Source of the DNA: Kiritimatiellales bacterium
GTDB lineage: Bacteria; Verrucomicrobiota; Kiritimatiellia; Kiritimatiellales; Tichowtungiaceae
Direction of reading: 5' to 3'
DNA length: 39,876 bases
NCBI GenBank assembly: GCA_050253185.1
Contig: JBFWJN010000001.1
Location: 1-39,876 of the forward strand
Shown: positions 36,076 to 39,876 of the stretch, in pieces
Layout of the letters: every line of letters begins with the position of its first letter
Numbering within the stretch: position 1 is the first letter of the stretch
Notes under the pieces: generated by a model
The model's database searches: none
What the model saw: only the letters and a program-made list of their open reading frames with translations
Told to the model about the DNA's origin: nothing
Program-made: the position numbers and the translations under genes

Positions 36076-37320
36076 ATGAGTCGTCGTAAAGTCGTTATTA
36101 CAGGTCTGGGTGCGGTCACGCCGATCGGCAACAACCTCGAAGAATTCTGGGAAGGACTCAAAACCGGCCGCTCCGGCGGTGCGCGGGTTACGAAAATCGA
36201 AAACATTGAAAACTTCTCCTCGACCATCGCCGCCGAAGTGAAAGATTTCAATCCCGAACTGTACATCTCCAAAAAGGAAGCCCGCAAAATGGACCCGTTT
36301 ACCCAGTATGGGCTGGCGGCCTCCATCATGGCCATTCAGAATTCCGGACTCGACTTTTCGAAAGAGGATCTTGAACGCATCGGCGTTATCGTCAGCACCG
36401 GAATCGGTGGCCTGCAGATCATGGAAGCTTCGCAGGACATTTACCGCGACCGCGGCCCGTCCCGCCTTTCCCCCTTCATGATTCCCATCATGATCACCAA
36501 CATTGTCGCCGGGCACGTCGCCATCCAGTACGGCCTCAAAGGCCCCAACTTCTGCGTCACCAGCGCCTGCGCATCCGGAACGCACTCCATCGGCGAAGCG
36601 CTGCGCATCATTCAGCACGGCGAAGCCGACGTGATGGTTGCCGGCGGAACCGAAGGCGCCATCACCCCGCTCGGCCTCGGCGGATTCTGCGCCCTGCGCG
36701 CGCTCACCACCCGCAACGACGACCCCGCCCGCGCCTCGCGGCCGTTCGATCTCAACCGCGACGGCTTCCTGATGGGAGAAGGCGCCGGCGTCATCGTCAT
36801 CGAGAGCGAAGAGCACGCCAAAGCGCGCGGTGCAAAAATCTACTGCGAACTCGCCGGCTACGGCCGCACCTGCGACGGCCACCACATCACCGCGCCCGAC
36901 CCGGATGCCGACCAGGCCGCCCGCGGCATGCGCCTTGCTTTTGAAGACGCCGGCCTCAAGGCGGAAGATATAGACTACATCAACGCCCACGGCACCAGCA
37001 CCTCGCTCAACGACAAAGGCGAAACCTTTGCCATCAAAAAAGCACTGGGCGAGGAACAGGCGCGTAAAGTGGCCATCAGCTCCACCAAGGGAATGACCGG
37101 TCACCTGCTCGGCGCCGCCGGCGGGGTCGAAGCCATCGTCTGCGCCATGGCCATTCAGGAAGGTCTCGTCCCGCCGACGATCAACTATGAAACGCCGGAT
37201 CCGGACTGCGACCTCGACTATGTGCCGAACACCGCCCGGAAAATGGAAGTGAACGCCGCACTCAGCAACTCGCTCGGCTTCGGCGGGCACAACGCCACGC
37301 TCTGCTTCAAAAAAGCGTAA
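36076..37320 (+). CDS. fabF: 3-oxoacyl-ACP synthase II
   Basis: VVITGLGAVTPIG, SACASG, SRPFD, YINAHGTST, GHLLGAAG, SNSLGFGGHN. Confidence 0.97.
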   Translation: MSRRKVVITGLGAVTPIGNNLEEFWEGLKTGRSGGARVTKIENIENFSSTIAAEVKDFNPELYISKKEARKMDPFTQYGLAASIMAIQNSGLDFSKEDLERIGVIVSTGIGGLQIMEASQDIYRDRGPSRLSPFMIPIMITNIVAGHVAIQYGLKGPNFCVTSACASGTHSIGEALRIIQHGEADVMVAGGTEGAITPLGLGGFCALRALTTRNDDPARASRPFDLNRDGFLMGEGAGVIVIESEEHAKARGAKIYCELAGYGRTCDGHHITAPDPDADQAARGMRLAFEDAGLKAEDIDYINAHGTSTSLNDKGETFAIKKALGEEQARKVAISSTKGMTGHLLGAAGGVEAIVCAMAIQEGLVPPTINYETPDPDCDLDYVPNTARKMEVNAALSNSLGFGGHNATLCFKKA

Positions 37321-37321
37321 G

Positions 37322-37434
37322 TTTCCAATCATTGGAAAAAAGGAAGGCCGTCCGGATTGGGCGGCCTTTTCCGTTTCCAAAGGTTGGAAAAATCTGCGGG
37401 GCGGTCCGGGTTATTTTTCCAATGATTGGAAAAA
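37322..37434. repeat. Three palindromes at the convergent fabF/corA junction
   Basis: Centres 37330, 37382, 37424 (spacings 52, 42): TTCCAATCATTGGAA, TTCCAAAGGTTGGAA, TTCCAATGATTGGAA; the last encodes the CorA C-terminus FFQSLEK*. Confidence 0.95.
37341..37372. terminator. Probable bidirectional terminator hairpin between fabF and corA
   Basis: AAGGCCGTCC-GGATT-GGGCGGCCTT stem-loop with an upstream A run and a downstream T run. Confidence 0.7.
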
Positions 37435-38514
37435 CCGCCGGATTTTCCGGCCGGAGCTGAGCCAGCCTTTATGCACGAACCAGGCGAACATCGCCAGGCC
37501 GAGCGCGGCCATGACGCCCAGCGAAATGAAGTAGCCGTAGCGCGTGTGCAGCTCGGGCATGTTGTCGAAGTTCATGCCGTAGATTCCGGCAATGAATGTC
37601 AGCGGAATGAAAATCGTGGCGATAATAGTGAGTACCTTCATGATCTCGTTCATGCGGTTGCTGATGCTCGACAGATAGAAATCCATCAGGCTCGATCCGG
37701 TCTCACGGTAGGACTCCGCCAGTTCAAGCAGCTGGACGGCATGATCCTGACAGTCGCGCAGATACACCAGTGTTGACGACGTGATCAGGTCCGATTCGTG
37801 GTGTGCCAGCGCACCGGCCATTTCGCGCACCGGCCACAGCGTCCGGCGCAGGCTGGTCAGGTCGTGCTTGACCGTGAAGAGCAGCGACATGATCGATGCG
37901 TCCGGATGCTCAATGATTCGCTCTTCCATTTCCTCCAGCCGCCGGTCATAGATTTCAAGGACGGGAAAATAGGCGTCGATGATGGCATCGATCAGGGCAT
38001 AGAGCAGATAATCCGCGCCGACGGCCCGGATGCGCCCGGCCGTGTTGCGGAGCCGTTCGCGAACCGGATCAAGGCAGTCGCCCGCCGTTTCCTGAAACGT
38101 CAGAACGAAGTTTTTTCCGAGAAAGAAGCTGACCTGTTCGCCGGCCAGCCGGTCTTCGTTGATGGACAGCATCCGTATGGCGGTGTAGAGGGTTGATTCG
38201 TAGTCGTCGACTTTCGAGCGCTGCCGCAGGCTGACGACGTCTTCGAGCGCCAGCGGGTGCAGGTTCAGCATCTGCCCGAGCTGACGAATTGTACTTTCAT
38301 CGCCGAGTCCATCGACATTGATCCACGTGACGGGCTGTTTACCGAGCCAGGCTTCGATCTCTTCCACACTTCCGATCACCTTTTCTTCGAAGTGATCGGG
38401 GCCGTAGGCCATTACGCGAATGACCGGCTTCGGCCAGGAGGGATCGATCACCAGAGATCCGGGGATCATTCCCGGAGTGCGCGGCGGGGGGTGCAGGCGG
38501 CTTCTTTTTTTCAT
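37411..38514 (-). CDS. corA: Magnesium/cobalt transporter CorA
   Basis: TWINVDGL, LHPLALEDV, QRSKVD, MNEIMKVLTI, GIYGMNF (GMN signature), MPEL; start placed at ATG 38514. Confidence 0.96.
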   Translation of the reverse strand: MKKRSRLHPPPRTPGMIPGSLVIDPSWPKPVIRVMAYGPDHFEEKVIGSVEEIEAWLGKQPVTWINVDGLGDESTIRQLGQMLNLHPLALEDVVSLRQRSKVDDYESTLYTAIRMLSINEDRLAGEQVSFFLGKNFVLTFQETAGDCLDPVRERLRNTAGRIRAVGADYLLYALIDAIIDAYFPVLEIYDRRLEEMEERIIEHPDASIMSLLFTVKHDLTSLRRTLWPVREMAGALAHHESDLITSSTLVYLRDCQDHAVQLLELAESYRETGSSLMDFYLSSISNRMNEIMKVLTIIATIFIPLTFIAGIYGMNFDNMPELHTRYGYFISLGVMAALGLAMFAWFVHKGWLSSGRKIRRFFQSLEK

Positions 38515-38630
38515 AATCAGGTCTGCCCGTTGGTTTTCCGCACTATAGGCCGCTGTGCAGATGCGGTCAAACGGCATTTGATTTACAGGCAGGCCGATGC
38601 TACGGTCTTGGCCTGCTTAAGGATTTTATT

Positions 38631-39876
38631 ATGGAAAAAAAGAACAGTACTGCTCCGAAAAAGAAAAAAGAGACACGCAAAAAAGGGCCGCAGGTCAAGG
38701 CGCCGCTGCCGATGAAAGGGTTTGCCACCTGGTTCATCATGATGGCGCTGGTGCTGATGGTGCTTCAGTTTTTTCAGGGACCGGAACAGCAGGATCGGCT
38801 CGACTACAACCCCGCCTTTATCCAGCTCGTTAAGGACGGGCGGATCCGCAGCTGCGAGATCGTTCGCGATTCATCCAGCACAGACTATATCACCGGAGAG
38901 CAGACCGCGCTTGATGCGAAAACCGGCAAGCCGAAAAAGTTCCGGGTCGATGTCATCATCACGGAAGATCTCTTCACTCTGCTGCAGAGCAATAACGTGG
39001 CCTTCAAAATCCGCCCGAACTCACCGTTCTGGCAGGTTTTCTGGAATATTGCTCCATTCGCAATCATTTTCCTGCTGATCTATTTCTTCTTTTTCCGCCA
39101 GATGAAAATGGCGGGCGGTCGCGCGATGAGCTTCGGTAAAAGCCGCGCCAAGCTGCTTCAGCGCGACGATAAAAGCCGCATCACCTTTGCGGACGTTGCC
39201 GGTGTGGAAGAGGCCAAGGAAGAACTTCAGGAAGTGGTTGAATTTCTCAAGAACCCGAAGCAGTTCCAGCGCCTCGGCGGCAAAATGCCCAAGGGCGTCC
39301 TGCTCGCCGGATCGCCGGGAACCGGGAAAACGCTTATCGCTAAAGCCGTGGCCGGAGAAGCCGATGTCCCGTTTTTCTCCATCAGCGGGTCTGACTTTGT
39401 CGAAATGTTTGTCGGCGTCGGCGCGAGCCGCGTCCGCGATATGTTCGAGCAGGGCCGTAAAAATGCCCCGTGCATCATCTTTATCGACGAAATCGACGCC
39501 GTCGGCCGCAGCCGTTTCACCGGAATCGGCGGTGGACACGATGAGCGCGAACAGACCCTCAATGCCATGCTCGTCGAAATGGACGGGTTCGATACTACCG
39601 AAGGGGTGATCATCATCGCCGCCACCAACCGGCCCGACGTTCTCGACCCGGCGCTGCTTCGCCCCGGCCGCTTCGACCGCCAGGTCTACATCGATCTGCC
39701 CAACCTCAAGGGCCGCGAAGACATCCTCGGCATTCACGTCAAACGCATCAAACTGGCGGAAGTCGTCGACCTCAAAAAAGTCGCCCGCGGAACGCCTGGA
39801 TTTTACGGAGCCGACCTCATGATCCTCGTCAACGAGGACGCTCTGCTTGGCGCGCGCCGCGGGGCGGAGGCGGGCG
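38631..39876 (+). CDS. ftsH: ATP-dependent zinc metalloprotease FtsH (partial, runs off the window end)
   Basis: Hand translation from ATG 38631: two TM segments, [73 protein letters not shown]. Missing from the ORF track because there is no stop in the window. Confidence 0.96.
   Translation, partial: MEKKNSTAPKKKKETRKKGPQVKAPLPMKGFATWFIMMALVLMVLQFFQGPEQQDRLDYNPAFIQLVKDGRIRSCEIVRDSSSTDYITGEQTALDAKTGKPKKFRVDVIITEDLFTLLQSNNVAFKIRPNSPFWQVFWNIAPFAIIFLLIYFFFFRQMKMAGGRAMSFGKSRAKLLQRDDKSRITFADVAGVEEAKEELQEVVEFLKNPKQFQRLGGKMPKGVLLAGSPGTGKTLIAKAVAGEADVPFFSISGSDFVEMFVGVGASRVRDMFEQGRKNAPCIIFIDEIDAVGRSRFTGIGGGHDEREQTLNAMLVEMDGFDTTEGVIIIAATNRPDVLDPALLRPGRFDRQVYIDLPNLKGREDILGIHVKRIKLAEVVDLKKVARGTPGFYGADLMILVNEDALLGARRGAEAG

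Noticed and set aside
34314-37380. Long minus-strand ORFs 34314-35528 and 35959-37380
   Set aside because: Antisense shadows of fabD/fabG and fabF caused by codon bias.
1534-37434. Palindromes as IS/MITE terminal inverted repeats
   Set aside because: No transposase in the window, no conserved internal sequence between paired copies, no target-site duplications, and host reading frames stay intact.
39790-39876. Unusual residues at the end of the ftsH fragment ([18 protein letters not shown] versus usual GFSGADLxNLVNEAALL)
   Set aside because: Several changes crowd into the last ~90 nt of the window, which may be low-quality contig-end sequence; cannot be judged biological.

Overview
GC-rich bacterial chromosomal segment. 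Gene style, a sulfatase and the protein sequences suggest a PVC-group organism such as Kiritimatiellia, which is inference only. Left to right it holds: tRNA-Ile2(CAT); a macAB-tolC-like efflux operon; family-4 uracil-DNA glycosylase; and a ~14.5 kb potassium-homeostasis cluster. That cluster contains an output-less HAMP/PAS-like membrane protein, ktrA, two ktrB/trkH (one with a voltage-sensor-like N-terminus), a sigma54 response regulator with a sensor kinase, two small peptides, kdpABC and a KdpD-USP-PTS EIIA fusion with no kinase domain. Next come an apbE/menA/doxX/ndh/polyprenyl-synthase cluster, an arylsulfatase, rluD, rdgB, tRNA-Leu(GAG), proBA, rsmD-coaD-yceD-rpmF-plsX-fabHDG-acpP-fabF, corA and a partial ftsH. 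The most striking signal is not a gene. A 15-21 bp palindrome, (TT)TTCCAR-NSN-YTGGAA(AA), occurs 21 times plus one degenerate copy. About two-thirds of the copies are written into protein-coding sequence, apparently without changing protein length. All closely neighbouring copies are spaced at near-integer multiples of a helical turn (22, 30-32, 42-43, 52 bp). This looks like a genome-wide, selected, helically phased DNA signal (DUS/HIP1/matS-like) that I cannot match to a described family.
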